A DNA stretch of 64,000 bases, taken from NCBI GenBank assembly GCA_965112155.1, contig OZ218117.1. One strand, 5' to 3'. Shown here one piece after another: positions 12,450 to 26,490 of this stretch. Under the pieces are notes generated by a model, which ran no database searches, had not been told where the DNA came from, and saw nothing but the letters and a program-made list of their open reading frames with translations. This DNA is from Podarcis liolepis (Eukaryota). A program made the translations under genes and the position numbers. Within the stretch, counting starts at the first letter, position 1; every line of letters begins with the position of its first letter.

Positions 12450-13150
12450 ACCATAGTAAGTGGCTGTGATGATAATAATAATAATTAATTCATAATTTAT
12501 ATTTAATAAAGTGCAGATCTCCATTGCTTTCCCCCTCAGGCTGCCCTTAATGTATTGCAAACTGTACAGGAACAATGTATTGTGCAGATGAAGCACTGCT
12601 TGAGGCACTTGTTTTCTAACCAGGTAATTCCTCAAGATCCCAATTCCTCCACTTTTTATTAAATGCAGTTTCCTTGTGGTTCCTTCGCAGATTCCTCCCT
12701 TGCGGTGGGTTAGACTGGATGACCCTTGGGGTCCCTTCCAGGTGGATACACCATTATATGATTATTGGGAAAGGGATTCAGAAAGAAGAAAAGGTGAAAA
12801 GCAGATTTTTTCCAGTTTGTCGTCTCCTGGCTCCTTTCCCACTTGATTCATTCTTCCACTGCAATCGGGGCTGGACATATTCTATGTCCGCTTGAACCGG
12901 GACCCCTCTTTCCCTTCTTGTGAAAATAATTGACATTATAGATTATTATTAGGTGTGAATTCCTGCTCTGAGGAAGAGGAGGAAGCTTCGCCCGATGAAG
13001 TGAGAAGAGGAGATGGAGGAAAAGTCAGCTGCAGGCATAAAGGTAAAAGGGAAAAAATAGAAATAGGAATTGGCATATAACACTTAAGAACAGTTTTAAA
13101 CAACCCCAGTCCTGATATAACACGGCCCCCCCTATCCAGCACAGTACAGT
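12450..13150 (+). other. Promoterless third copy of the non-coding exon/intron module (exon 12954-13042)
   Basis: Colinear with 4560-5350 and with the reverse complement of 35.6-36.35 kb; tAG/ and AAG/GTAAA boundaries retained. Confidence 0.65.
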
Positions 13151-13529
13151 ATATTCCTTCACTTAATCCGCAAACAATGTGCTAATTCTTGGTCCAATGT
13201 ACATTATACTATTGTTGTGTTGATAAAATGAGGTAAAGCTCATTCATATGCTTTGGAATCCAAATGAGATAAATTAAAAGTTTGAAAGGGGAAATAAATT
13301 GAGAGCCATATTCAAATTCCTTCGTGGAAATAACTAGCACCTATAAATTATCATGAATTCTATACCAGCACTGACCACACGAGGGCAGTTTATTCTTCTG
13401 TCAATGTCTTTTTGAGTAATAGCCACACGATGGCACTGTTTACTTTCCTATCGATGTCAACACATAAATGGCAGGGACTGTTTTGGATCTTGTGGATAGA
13501 AATCATGCAGGAGCCTTTATCCGAAGGCA

Positions 13530-13660
13530 GCCCTGTTTAGGGAAGCTTTAAATGTTTTATTGGTTGTTTTATTTTACTGTTTTGTTGAAATCCGCCCAGA
13601 GTGGCTGGGGAAACCCAGCCAGATGGGCAGGATATAAATAACAGCTTATTATTATTATTC
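13530..13660 (+). mobile_element. L2-type 3' tail fragment (squamate repeat)
   Basis: ccctgtttagggaagct...ccgcccagagtggctggggaaacccagccagatgggc ending in (tta)n; a reverse copy lies at ~40500-40600. Family assignment is from recall. Confidence 0.55.
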
Positions 13661-14668
13661 ACGAGGGGGTTCATACCTTCAGCAACTTTTTTCCGAGATG
13701 TACCTGTGAACAAATTATAGGATCCTGATAGCAGCCTCCTTTGTTGCATTGCCTGCATGTTGTTGTGTTGATGCTTTTGGTGGCCTCCTTATATGAGCTA
13801 AAATTTTGCTTATATACTGCAAAATACACCTTTTGACCAAATACATGCTTGCTTCTTCCTGCTGCTAGTGGCCTAAATTCATACCTGCTTTTTGTTTCCT
13901 TGCACAGGTCACCGAAAGGCAGCTTTTGGATATGATACATACAGAACAAGAACATCATCCAGAACTGTCTCCCTCAGCAGGTAGGCCATCGTTCCCTCTT
14001 TATTTTTTGGAATATCCTAGGTGCTGGCCAGGGTGTTATCTGTGGCCTGACTGTTTGAAACATGAGCGCACAATAAGTGGAGCCCCAAACTCTGCTTGGA
14101 GGCCCAAACTCCGTTTGTAGGAGATGGGAGCAAATGTATTGGTGGGGAGGGTCTGCATGGAAAGAAAGCTCCAGCTCCCAAAGATCAAGAAGACCCTTGA
14201 ACAGGAATAAAACTCACTTCCTAAGACTCAAGGCCAAACAGATAAAATATTCCCGATAAAATTCCATTCCTGAGCAGTTGGAACTGAGTGCTTAGAGGTA
14301 GATTTGGGGCAGAACTCAAAGTGGTGAAATTCATTTTTCTGATTCCATTTTGAAAGGAAATGCTCCCTTTGAAGGGAGAACTAGTGTGTGGTGGGAGAGA
14401 AGGTGGCTTCAAGTTTGGTTAGCTATTTGTCTTCTCCAAACCAGAACTGGTGTTAATGTGAAGAATCCTGAAAGGACACCTAATGTGAAATGTGGATTAA
14501 TTTGACTCAGCCAGGAAACTTGGGGCCAGGCCATCAGCATTGCCAGGGTCTTTGTTGAAGGGCAGGACTTTGGAAAGTGGTTCAGAGCCAATGGAATTGG
14601 TCAGATAGTTAAGGATTTCTAGTGCTGCCCCCCCCCACTCCCGCTTGGCTACATTAATGGGCCTGGTA

Positions 14669-15022
14669 CAGTGGTTCCCCGCAAGACGAATGCCTCGCAA
14701 GATGGAAAACCCGCTAGACAAAATGGTTTTTCAATTTCGTGGGCGCTTCACAGGACAAATTTCCCTATGTGCTTGCTTTGCAAGACAAAAACATCTTGCG
14801 AGTCTCACCATTTCCCCCCCCCAGGTTCCCCCCCCCCCTTTTTCTAAACCACTAATTGCCTTTTATCAGCTTAGCCGCTAACCCTTTAATAGCCACTAAG
14901 CCGCTAAATCGCTAATAGCGCTAAACCGCTTAGCCGCTAATGGGGTTGCTTCGCAAGACGATAAAACCGCCAGGCAAAGAGAATCTCGGAACAGATTCTT
15001 CTCATCTTGCCAGGCACCACTG
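14669..15022. mobile_element. Tc1/mariner (Tigger-like) non-autonomous DNA transposon
   Basis: TA|CAGTGGT...gcaaga at the left end and tcttgc...ACCACTG|TA at the right: terminal inverted repeats with TA target duplication. Confidence 0.75.
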
Positions 15023-16369
15023 TATTAATTTTTGATCCATTGAGATAAAGTTCATTTGTATGCTTTGGAATCCAAATGAAATAAATTAACAGTTTGAAAG
15101 GGGTAATAATTTTAGAGCCATATTCCAATTCCTGCGTGGAAGTAACTTACACCTAGAAATTATCCTGAATTCTATTCCAGCACTGACCACATGGGATCAC
15201 TGTTTACTTTCCTATAGATGTTTATTCCAGTAATGGCCACACGGGGTCACTGTTTACTTTAGTATTGATTTCTATTACAGGAATGCTTTTTAAGCTTTAA
15301 AAAGTGTGCATGGGTGCTTAAAATGAATAACTCAACAAAGCAGCAGAGAGTAGCAATTGAAACAGACCCCCCCCATCAGCATTGATCGAATGATCTCTAG
15401 TGCAAATGGAAGGATACATATATTTTAGAATATCTTCTGTATGTCTGCAGCATGAGGTTCTTGTGCCTGTGGCCTTTCTTGCACGGAGTAGGTCTCTGTG
15501 TGTGTTTGTGAGTTTTCTTATTGTTCTGTTCTGGTTCTTTCAGAAGAGCTGCCTCAGAGGCTAGTAGTTGTTAGGGTGTGAAACCTAAGACGCTGGCAAG
15601 TTAGCAATGTCATGTGACTTTAAGTAGTCAAGCTCGTTAAGTTGTTAAGATGCTCAGTATATAAAGAGTGTTTGTTTCCTCTGCCTGTGGGGCGTGAAGC
15701 AAAAAATGTCTGAAAGCTCCGGAGGTGTTTCTGTTATCTTTCTGCGATAAACCTGTCTTTGGAAAGACAGGCTTCCCTGTGTCGTTATTTCTTTGCTGCT
15801 GAGACTCTGAAGCTTGTACTGCAACAAGAATCTCTGCACTGGACTTAATGAATACTCTGCAAAGAGAGCTGTTGCTGGTGGCACAGCGGAAGTGTTTACT
15901 GGACCAGTACAAACTCTCTTAGTAGTTGGCCAAGGTAGATAAAAATAAAAGACAAAAGCTGTATTTTCTTCTGTCGTTTCTTCCCAGATGGGCTGTTCTG
16001 CAGATCAGCTGGCACAACTGGTCTGGCACAACTGGACTGCCCAAGACTGCCATTGGGGCACAGAGCAGGTGAGGAGCATCAGCATGACTGTCTAGTTTTT
16101 AATTGGTGATGATTTTTTTTTATATGTACACAAATATCCCAGAAGCACGACTGCCAGACACTTCTCTTGACACCTGTCTTCTTTTATATATATATAATGA
16201 CCTTTATTATTGATTTAGTGTTAGTTACATACATTATATACACATAATATATCACACTTTACATTTACACTTGGTCTTGAGAGCTGACTTCCCTCCTTCC
16301 TTCTTCCAGCTTCTTTATTTCAGCTTCAATCTCAACTTTGGATGTCCTCTCCCCTGGTGTTTTTGTTTC

Positions 16370-16965
16370 GACACACATATATATACAGTACATACATACA
16401 CACACATATACAGTACATACATACACACACACATGCATACAGACTTATGTNNNNNNNNNNNNNNNNNNNNNNNNNNNNNNNNNNNNNNNNNNNNNNNNNN
16501 NNNNNNNNNNNNNNNNNNNNNNNNNNNNNNNNNNNNNNNNNNNNNNNNNNNNNNNNNNNNNNNNNNNNNNNNNNNNNNNNNNNNNNNNNNNNNNNNNNCA
16601 CACACATNNNNNNNNNNNNNNNNNNNNNNNNNNNNNNNNNNNNNNNNNNNNNNNNNNNNNNNNNNNNNNNNNNNNNNNNNNNNNNNNNNNNNNNNNNNNN
16701 NNNNNNNNNNNNNNNNNNNNNNNNNNNNNNNNNNNNNNNNNNNNNNNNNNNNNNNNNNNNNNNNNNNNNNNNNNNNNNNNNCACATATACAGTACACACA
16801 TATCCACATGCATGCATACATATATATATACAGTACACACACATATACAGTACACACACAAACATATATACACACACACACACATGGGATACACAGTACA
16901 TAAATACACAGTACACACAAACATATACACAGTACAAATACATACACACACACAAAAACACATAT

Positions 16966-17006
<41 letters not shown>

Positions 17007-17025
17007 CAATATATATATATATATG
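16370..17025. repeat. Compound (CA)n/(TA)n microsatellite with assembly gaps
   Basis: Direct inspection; N-runs at 16451-16599 and 16608-16781. Confidence 0.95.
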
Positions 17026-17069
17026 AATCTCGGGCAGCTCTGATATAGATATCTATATATATATATCTA

Positions 17070-17210
17070 TATCAGAGCTGCTTGAGGTCCCAGCTCACAA
17101 AAGACCAGCGCCAGATTGTTGTTGTATACAAAAGTCTTTATTAAAGTTCAGTTTCACTTCCACAGGTGTAGCGTGCAGCTCTACATCTGAAACTCTAGAC
17201 CACCAAAGCT
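17070..17210 (-). mobile_element. Partial LTR (3' part), inverted relative to 18632-19122
   Basis: Reverse-complement match to ~18983-19122, including the aataaagact signal. Confidence 0.75.
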
Positions 17211-17212
17211 CC

Positions 17213-17368
17213 GTCAAGATCAGCTTAGCGTCGGCAAGACAACCACAAACCAACGGACAAGCGGAGAGGGTCAACGCCATCATGCAGCGGTACCTGCAAT
17301 GCTACGAGGACCAACAGCCCTCAACCCGGGTGGACTGCTCACCGCTAGCCAAGTTTGCCTACAACAAC
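17213..17368 (+). pseudogene. Ty3/Gypsy integrase fragment
   Basis: Translates VKISLASARQPQTNGQAERVNAIMQRYLQCYEDQQPSTRVDCSPLAKFAYNN, matching the HPQTNGQxERxN...LPLAEFAYNN integrase core motif. Confidence 0.85.
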
Positions 17369-18631
17369 AGGAACACTACAACAACATGAACAAGTTTGCC
17401 TACAACAACACTACGCCAAAGACAAGTTCCATGTACTCTTCCCACACAGACTGACACTGGCAGATTATTTTGATGCCTGTCTTTTCACACCCACACTTTC
17501 AGCCAGCACATTGCAGGGGTTCTCATCAGCTGGGGAAACAGCACCAGAAACAAGCTCCCCAGAGGGATCACTCTCAGGGTTTGGCACAGACCACTCTTCT
17601 TGGTGGGGCAATCAACTGGAGGTGGGATGGAGCAGGGAACTGCTGAGGGGACCCTTACACGCAGCATCACCTGAGGTAACAAGGGGGGGGGGTTGGACAT
17701 GGATGTGTTGGGGGAGGATCCTGGGTTCAAGCACAGATGGAAGCAGAGGAGATCAACACCAACGAGCCCATTATGGGCTGGCCAGCTGCACACCAGGTAA
17801 GAATAACGGGATCCTGCACTCACCCACACAGCACCCAGAACACATACCCAAAAGGGGGGGTAAGGGGGGCTTCAAGGGGGGGTGGATGTCAAGGGCTCAG
17901 GGATGGGAGCACGGGAGAGAGGGAATGGAGAGTAGAGGGGAAGAATCTGAGGGTGGTGTAGGGGGGGGGTTATGGCAGTGATCCAAGAGGTTCCATGCAC
18001 TGCTCCAGCAAATCAGGAGATTCCCAGGAGGTGCCAATAGTCAGGGCAAGGGAGGTCCCAGGGGGGACACACCAGGAACAGGGGGCCAGCGGGGACTCCC
18101 AAAGCAGTGGGAGATCAGGACCAGTTTCCCCACCAGAGTGTGGGGGGGGGAGCCCCATGTGTCAGGGCCAGTGGAGTAGAAAGGGGGGCCAGCCACACTT
18201 GGTGTGGCATCTGGGGGGGGCACTCGCTGCCTCTGGAGTCGCAGAAGAGCCTTGGGCACAGGCTGTAGCAGAGCCGCATGTCTCGCGGAACTGGTGAGCT
18301 GTGCACGCATCTGGGCTGAAGACATCTGGCAGGCAGTGGCTCTCAGCACTCACAGCAGCCCCAGTGTGTCAGGGCTATGGAGGATGTGCCAAGCAGCCCC
18401 TCTTCACAGCTCCACTGCAGCTGCTGCCGGGCCATGTTGCATTTTCCTCACCTCTCTGCCCCCCCTCCTTCTCCAGGAGAGCAGCATCGTTTGGGCAGCA
18501 GCACCAGCGGCAGCTCGCTTCAGATCACCTGACGTGGCAGGTTAGGGGTTTGGGGGCCCAAATTACTTGCCTTGCCCCAGGTGCTAACAACTCACACTAT
18601 ACCGCTGGTCAGGGCCAGTGTCTCCTCCAGC

Positions 18632-19122
18632 TGTGAGAGAATATGAGTCAGGACTGACCACACCTATCGGAGAGTGGGAGAATGGAGGGGAGGTCAGGTC
18701 CAGCTAGCCCCCCCCCCCCAAGGGGGAAACTGACAGGAGCAGGGTGAGGGTCAGGAGGAAGGTTGCCGGCTGGGCGTGTACGCCAAGTTCAAATGTACAG
18801 GCACATGAGACAGCAGAAAACCCAGATTGGGAACCAGGCCCTAAAGCCCACCGGAGACAGGGGGAAGACTCAGGGGTGAGACCCCAGCAGACAGGCGGAA
18901 CCAGAGGAGGAAGGAGCAAAGGAAGAGGTGGAGCAAGGCTAGAGTCTTAAAATGGTGTCTGGGGGAAGGAGATTCAGACACAGCTTCAGCGGTCTAGAGT
19001 TTAAGACTTAGAGCTGCACACTACAGCTGTGGAAGCAAAACTGAACTTCAATAAAGACTTCTGTATATATCAACGAACTGGAGTTGCTCCTTTGTAAGCT
19101 GGGACCTCAAGCAGCTCTGACA
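18632..19122 (+). mobile_element. LTR, probably of the Gypsy remnant
   Basis: TG...CA ends, AATAAA at 19050; the 3' end abuts the tandem-module sequence sharply. The 5' boundary is less certain. Confidence 0.6.
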
Positions 19123-20202
19123 ATAGGGTTTCTATTTTTGGAGAGACCATGGGAAAGTGCAATCTCCCTGACCATCGAAGAATACAGACTGTTCTCTGGG
19201 AGGTTACCAGGGTTAGGGGTGTGAGGAGAGGAAAAGAGACACTTCAACCAGCTGTTTGAGCAGAAATCCACCTTGAGAGAAGGCAGGCTGTGCCTGTGGA
19301 AAGGACCAGGCCTTGTGGACGTGTAGGGACTGTGCGATCTTACCCATTTAGAGAGATAGCTAGGTATTTCCCACCGTTCCCTTTGCTCCTTGCTGCTAAG
19401 AAGCGTTTCCAGTGGATGGAAGTGGACTTAGGCAGATGTAGCATTCAACATGAAGAAATAAAGCAGAGCCCATGCAGGCAACCCATCTTTTCCCACTGCT
19501 GCCTTGCCTCTTTTTCTTCTCTTTCCTTTGGCTGCCACGCTGCTGGGTCAATCAGGTGTTTGGTTAAAGGAGCTGTTTGCATCTTGTGCCCAAAGATCCC
19601 CTTTCCCCCTCTTGCCCCACAAGGCAGCAGCAGGAAGGCCCCTCTTCTCCCTCCCTGTCAGGCAAAACCTCCCTCTTCCTTCTCCTCCCCCATTTTGGGA
19701 GAAGGAATTCAGCACAGCCCATAGAGACCTGAGAAATAACGGGGGGGGGGGGGGGCTTTTTTCCAGGAAAACAGAAAGAGGGGTCTGCGTAAAAACAGGC
19801 ACAGGAACTGCCAAACCCTTTCCAAAGAATAATGATGGTCTATAAACCTCTGGAAGGGACCCCAAGGGTCATCCAGTCTAACCTGCTGCATCAAAGGAGT
19901 CCCTTACGGGGAACAATCCTGCAACCTTGGTTATGCAGCAAATGTCACCCTCTTAAATGGCACTTTGAAGCCTGCTTCAGGGATGCACACCTCTCCTGCA
20001 GCTGCAAGTTCAGCCAGGAAGCAAACATGGCCATCCATTATTCTTGACTGGAAACAGAGGAAGCGCTCCTTACATCCTCCCTGGGAGCATTTCTGCAGTC
20101 AGGGGGTGGCCCTGACCCTGACCCCTAAGCCTAACCCTCTCCCTAACCCCAACCCTAACCCCTAGACTTACAACAGCAAACTTTCAACTTGTGACCTTAG
20201 TC

Positions 20203-20548
20203 AAAGGTAAGGGCAAAGGGACCCCTGACCATTACGTCCAGTGTTGCCAGACTCTGGGGTTGCGGCCCTCATCTCGCTTTATTGGCAAAAGAAGCTGGCA
20301 TATAGCTTCCAGGTCATGTGGCCAGCATGTCTATGCCGCTTCTGGCAAACCAGAGCAGCACACAGAAACACCGGTTACCTTCCCGCCAGAGCGGGACCGA
20401 TTTATCTCCTTGCACCTTGTGCTTTCCAACTGCTAGGTTGGCAGAAGCAAGGACCCAGCAACGGGAACTCAGCCCGTCGCGGGGCTTCGAACCATCAATC
20501 GGCAAGTCCTAGGCTCTGTGGTTTAACCCACAGCGCCACCCACATCCC
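20203..20548 (-). mobile_element. Sauria SINE (lacertid type)
   Basis: Minus strand starts ggga...gtggcgctgtgggttaaaccacagagcctagg and ends with an (acctt)-type tail. Confidence 0.85.
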
Positions 20549-22332
20549 GTAACTTAAAGGAATGCTATTTCTGTTTGTTCCTTCTGAAGAACATTCCAAA
20601 AAATCAAATGATACTACATTTATATCTACATCTGGAAAGGACCCCAAAGGTCATCCAGCCCAACCCACAGCAAGGCAGGAATATGCAGGAGAATAACCAC
20701 TAACCTTGCTTCTGCTGTCAATGTTGCCCTATCAAATGGCACTTTTAAGGCAATTTAAACTGCCTCCAGAAAAGGGAAAAACCATGAGCCTGCACTAAGG
20801 GAATGCTCATGAGTATATAAAGTGCCTTTCTTTAGAACACCCCTCTTAACTTTGCAAACTGCTGCAAATTTCCAAAATGCACACATACGTGCCAGTATTT
20901 CTCAATCTAAAGGATTCAATTGGCTTTTGGTTTTGGCCCCCCTTGCAGGGGATCAGCCCACTTAGTCTCCTGCCATTGGGGCTCCCAGCCTAGATGCATG
21001 GCAGGGGACAGTCTAAAATCTTTGCTTCGCCCTTGCTGTGGAGCACATTGCACAGTCGATTTTTAAGGACTGACACACACAAACACCCCCCCTAAACTTT
21101 ATTGAGACATTACTAAATAATAGGGTTTCTATTTTTGGAGCGACCGTGGGAAAATGCAATCTCCCTAAACATCGAAGAATAGAGACTGCTCTCTGGGAGG
21201 TTGCCAGGGTTATGGGTGAGGATAAAAAGAGACACTTCAACCAGCTGTTTGAGCTGAAATCCACCTTGGCAGAAGGCAGGCTACGCCTGTGGAAAGGACC
21301 AGGCCTTCTGGAGGTGTAGGGACTGTGCGGTCTTACCGATTTAGAGAGATAGCTGGGTATTTCCCACCATTCACTTTGCTCCTTGCTGCTCAGAATCTTC
21401 TCCAGTGGATGGAAGTGGACTTCGGCAGATGCACCTGCCTTTGGTAACTTCATGGAGATGTCTGGGAGCTGCCTTGCCTCTTTTTCTTCTTTCCTTTGGC
21501 GGCCACGCTGCTGGGAGAATCAGGTGTTTGCTTAAAGGAGCTGTCTGGATCTTCTGCCCCAAGATACCCTTTCCCCCTCTCACCCCACAAGACGGCAGCA
21601 GGAAGGCCCTGGCACTGGCACCTTTGAGGCACTGGCATCTGGTCTCAAAAGATCCCCTCTTCTCCCTCCCTCTGTCCGGCGAAACTGCCTAGTCCTCCCC
21701 CTTTTGGGGAGAAGGAATTCAGCACAGCCCTTTGAGACCTGAGAAATATCAGGGGGGTGGATGATTTCAAGAACTAAAAGAGGGGTCCGTGTAAAAAGAG
21801 GCACAGGATCTGCCAAGCTCAAATGAATGTGCAAGGAATAATATCCTCACAGGAAGCAAGGGGACTAGCCCATCAAACAACTAACTGTAAAGAACGCTAT
21901 TTCTCTTTCTTCTTTCTGTAGCCCTTTCCAAAGAAAAACGTGGGTATATAAAGCTCTGGAAGGGACCCCAAAGGTCATCCAGTCCAACCCGCTGCATCGC
22001 AGGAACATTCAGGACTCCCTTACGGGGAACAATCCCGCAACCTTGGTGGTGAAGCAAATGTTCCCCTCTTAAATGGCACTTTGAAGGCTGCTTAAGTATA
22101 ATTCAGGCATCCCCACCTCTCCTGCAGCTGCAAGTTCAGCCAGTAAGCAAACATAGCCATCCACTATTCTTCACTAGAAACAGAGAAAGCTCCGCTTATG
22201 TCCTCCCTGGGAGCATTTCAACAGTCAGGGGAGACCCTGACCCCTAAGCCTGACCCCAAGCCTCTCCCTAACCCCCTACCCTAACAACAACCCAAACCCC
22301 AACCCCTAGACTTACAACAGCAGACTTACAAC

Positions 22333-25300
22333 TACAATTTCTGAATCGCTACAGGGATCAATTTCCGAATCACGACAGGGAAGACCTCCTGAAAGGAACA
22401 GTAGGAGAGGAAATAACATCAGAAACAAAAGATGAAACAGACATTCTAAATTGGACGTTTGGACAGAAATCTCCGACAGAGGAAGAACAACGACTCGGAG
22501 CGACAGGAAGTAAATAGCTTCAGGATGGCCCTGCAACTTCTAAGCTGGAATTGTAATGGACTTAACCTTCCGCGAAAGACAAATATTTTTTTCCACTTAT
22601 TGAAAATAGAACACTTGGACTTAATTTGTCTACAGGAAAGTCATATAACAAGACTGCATAGGAAACTAATCATCAACAAGAGATTAGGCCTAAAATTTAT
22701 TTCATCGGACAAAGTTAAGAAAAGAGGAGAGGTAATCTATGCAAAGGAAAAACTCTCGCCAAAGTTTTCATTTAAAGATGAACAAGGAAGATATTTGGCA
22801 ATTGAAGTGCAAGTTCAAGGTGAAGGTGAGAAATTTTTGATACTAGGGATCTACGCACCTAAAGAAGGGAAGTCAGAATTCTTTAAGAAGCTGCATGAGA
22901 CACTGTGGGACTATTTAGACTACAAAATAATTAGGATGGGAGACATGAATGGAGTGGTCTCTACAAATAGGGACAAAGCACAAAGACAGGGAATCACCAG
23001 AGATGAGAGACTACCAAAGACTTTCTTTGAAAGGACTGAAAATATGGACTTGATGGATATTTGTAAAACAAGGAACCCCCTCCAGAGAGAAACGGAACCT
23101 TCTTCTCTGAAGCAAGGATGACCTGGACCAGAATCGATCAAATTTGGATGACTAGTGGGTTGGCTCCAAAGATTAAGAAAGTGAAAATCGGCCCAAACAC
23201 TTGCTCCTACCATAACGCCGTGAAGATGGAGATGAAATTTACAACAACGGGTCCATTCAGATGGAGGATGAATGACACCCTGTTTCGAGATGAGGAGATC
23301 CACAGAAAGGCTCAAAATATATTAAAGGACTACTTTGAAATAAATTTAAAAGCCAATGTAGAAGAAAGAGTGATCTGGGACGCAAGTAAAGCTGTAATGC
23401 GAGGATTTATAATTCAACAAAACTCAGTAAAAAAGAGAAAGCAAAATGAGAAGACAGATAAGATCTTGGAAAAGATAAAAAAAGGAGAGAAGAAATGGAG
23501 ATCAAAATCAAAGTCCCAGGAGATTTTAAGAGAGATTAAGCTATATCAGACACAATACATGGAATAGATGAATCAAGAGATTGAATGGAAAATAAATCAA
23601 ATGAGACAAAAGACATTGGAATCTGCAGATAAATGGGGTAAACTTCTGGCTTGGCAATGGGAAAAAAGAAAGAAACTAAACACAGTTACAAACCTAGAAG
23701 GGGACAGAAAAAATAGATCTAAACCCAACGAGATTAGAAACAGTTTTTTGAATTACTTTAAAAAATTATATTCACAAGGACCACAGAAGGAGGAGGACAT
23801 AGATGAATTCCTTTAAAAAAAGGATTACAAAAAATCTCTCATCAAAGTAAGGTGGATCTAAACCAGAGAATAACAGAACAAGAGATAGAGGGTGCCATTC
23901 AGAACATGCAACGGGGCAAATCTCCAAGCTTTGAAGGAGTGGTTGGTACAACCATTTAAGGAAGTCTGCAATGAGATTTTAGAAGGGAAAAGGGCACCAG
24001 AATCGTGGAAAGAAACGTACATTACACTCATACCAAAGACAGAGACTGAAAACACTCAACTTAAGAACTACCGCCCAATATCATTACTTAATGTGAATTA
24101 TAACATTTGGGCAGACATTTTGGCAAAAAGACTGAAAAGAGTGTGGATGGAGAAGATTCATAAGGACCAAGCAGGCTTTCTCCCCAAAAGGCACTTATCA
24201 GATCATGTGAAGAACATAATAGACATTTTGGAATGGCTAGAGGTGAATATAAACACTAAAGCAGTTCTGATTTTTGTGGACGCAGAGAAAGCCTTTCACC
24301 ATATTTCTTAAGAGTTTTATGAAAAAGAATCTTCATGGGATGGGGGTAGGCCAAGGATTTGAGAATGGTGTGGGTGCTATACACTCTCAAAAAAAAAGGA
24401 AAACTGATTGTAAATAATAGGATAACTGAAGAATTTAAAATAGAAAAAGGGACACGACAGGGGTGCCCAATTTCCCCATTGCTTTTTCTTTCTGTTCTGG
24501 AGGTGTTGCTAAATAGGATTAGAGAGGACCAGCAGGTTAAAGGGGTACAGGTCGGAGCAAAACATTACAAGTTAAGGGCCTTTGCGGATGACTTAGTACT
24601 TACTTTACAAGAGCCAGATACTAGTACAAAAAGGGTGTTGGAGTGAATTCAAGAATTTCGTCAAGTGGCCGGATTTAAACTGAACAAACAAAAGACTAAA
24701 GTTTTGGGGGAAAATTAACAGTCATGGAGAGGGAGAAGTTCCAGAATGAAACAGGCTTGACAGTGGTTAAGAAGGTGAAAGACCTAGGGGTTCATTGGAC
24801 ATCTGAAAATTTGAACTTGTATAAAGACAACTATGAAATAGGTGGGTCAGAAATTAAGAAAGATTTAGAAACATAGTCAAATTGCAGTTATTAAGATGAA
24901 TGTATTGACCAGAATATTATTTTTGTTTCAAACACGGCAAATTCTTGATGAGATGGACTGTTTCAAGAGGTGGCAGAAGGACATTTCAAAATTGGTCTGG
25001 CAGGGCAAAAAGCCCAGAATAAAATTTAAAATACGGACGGATGCAAAAGAAAGAGGGGGATTTGCCCTGCCGGACTTAAAATTGAATTCTGAAGCAGCAG
25101 CGTTCTGCTGGCTGAAAGAGTGGATGCTCCTCAAGAATACAGATATCTTGGATCTAGAAGGTTTGAATAATACATTGGGTTGGCATGCATATGGATGGTA
25201 GGATAAAATTAAGGTGCATAGGGCCTTCAAAAAACACATTGTCAGAAAAACATTATATAAGGTTTGGATAAGATAGAAAGATCGGTTGGAAAACAAAACC

Positions 25301-26490
25301 CCTAGGTGGTTGTCACCCTTGGAGGCTAAGGCGGTGAAAAAGCTTAATAAGGAAGCCAAAGGGCCAAAGTATTGGGAAATTTGAGAACAAAATGGAGACA
25401 ATTGGAAGTTACAGAGTCACGAGAAAATAAAATCCAAAGTGCGAGCTTGGCTCCGTTCATATCAGATAATGGAGGTGTACAAACAAGACAGGAAAATTGG
25501 CTTCCGGGTGGAGAAATCAAAATTAGAAACTGAATGGTTAGAACCCAATACTAAGAATTTGTCAAGAATGTATAACTTGCTGCTGAAATGGAATACACGA
25601 GATAAAACAGTTTAATCAGCTAGGATGAAGTGGGCACAGGACATGGGTCATAACATTATGTTTGCTGACTGGGAATGGTTCTGGAACACCGGGATAAAAT
25701 TTACGGCATGTAATGCCTTAAAGGAAAATATTATGAAAATGATCTATAGGGGGTACATGACCCCCGTCAAGCTAGCAAAAATCTATCCTTTGCCCGATAA
25801 TAAGTGTTGGAAATGTAAAGAAACGGAAGGTACCTTCTATCACCTTTGGTGGACATGCCCAAAGATTAAGGCTTTTTGGGAGATAATATAGAATGAAATG
25901 AAAAAGGTACTTAAATGTACCTTCCCTAAGAAACCAGAGGCCTTTCTCCTGGGCATGGTCGGCCAATGGGTGTTGAAGAAAGATAGAACTCTTTTGATGT
26001 ATGCTACAACAGCAGCAAGAAGACTCATTGCAATGTATTGGAAGACACAAGAGCTACCCACCCTGGAAGAGGGGCAGAGGAAGGGGATGGACTATAGGAC
26101 ATTGGCTGAGATGACGGGCAGAATCCGTGATCAGGGGAAAGAGACGGCGGAAGAAGATGGGAAGAAATTTAAAATCTATCTTAAGAACTATTATAAAATG
26201 GATGAATGTTAAAATGTCGACGTTTGGAGAAAAAAAAGGAGATTACAGCGACATATGATTAAGTTAAAGACCAGAATAAGAAAAAATATTTGAGATAAAA
26301 TTATTTAGAATTTGCTGAAATAATTTTGGAAATGGGGATGTAGGAAGGGGAGGTTTGTGGGAGTCTGAGAAGTGAGGGATATGGAAAAAAAAGTTATGAA
26401 ATTATACATGTTTGTATGTCTTTTTATTTGTTTGTATTGTTTAAAATATTTTGTAAAACCAAACCAAAAAAAAATTTTTTTTTAAAAAAT
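22333..26490 (+). mobile_element. 5'-truncated, decayed L1-clade (L1/Tx1-like) LINE; ORF2 remnant 22525-26212
   Basis: APE endonuclease motifs (SWNCNG, LQESH, GDMNG, RIDQ), RT motifs (YRPISLLN, DAEKAF, GTRQGCPISP, FADD) and C-terminal CWKC..HLWWTC. Many stops and frameshifts; A-rich tail ~26455-26490. Confidence 0.93.

Noticed and set aside
12560-12590. Hairpin ctgtaca...tgtgcag as a microRNA precursor
   Set aside because: Stem too short and not preserved in all paralogous copies.
16271-17048. ORFs over 200 aa
   Set aside because: Microsatellite and N-gap artefacts.
17070-19122. DIRS element suggested by inverted terminal repeats
   Set aside because: The internal fragment is a DDE integrase, not a tyrosine recombinase.
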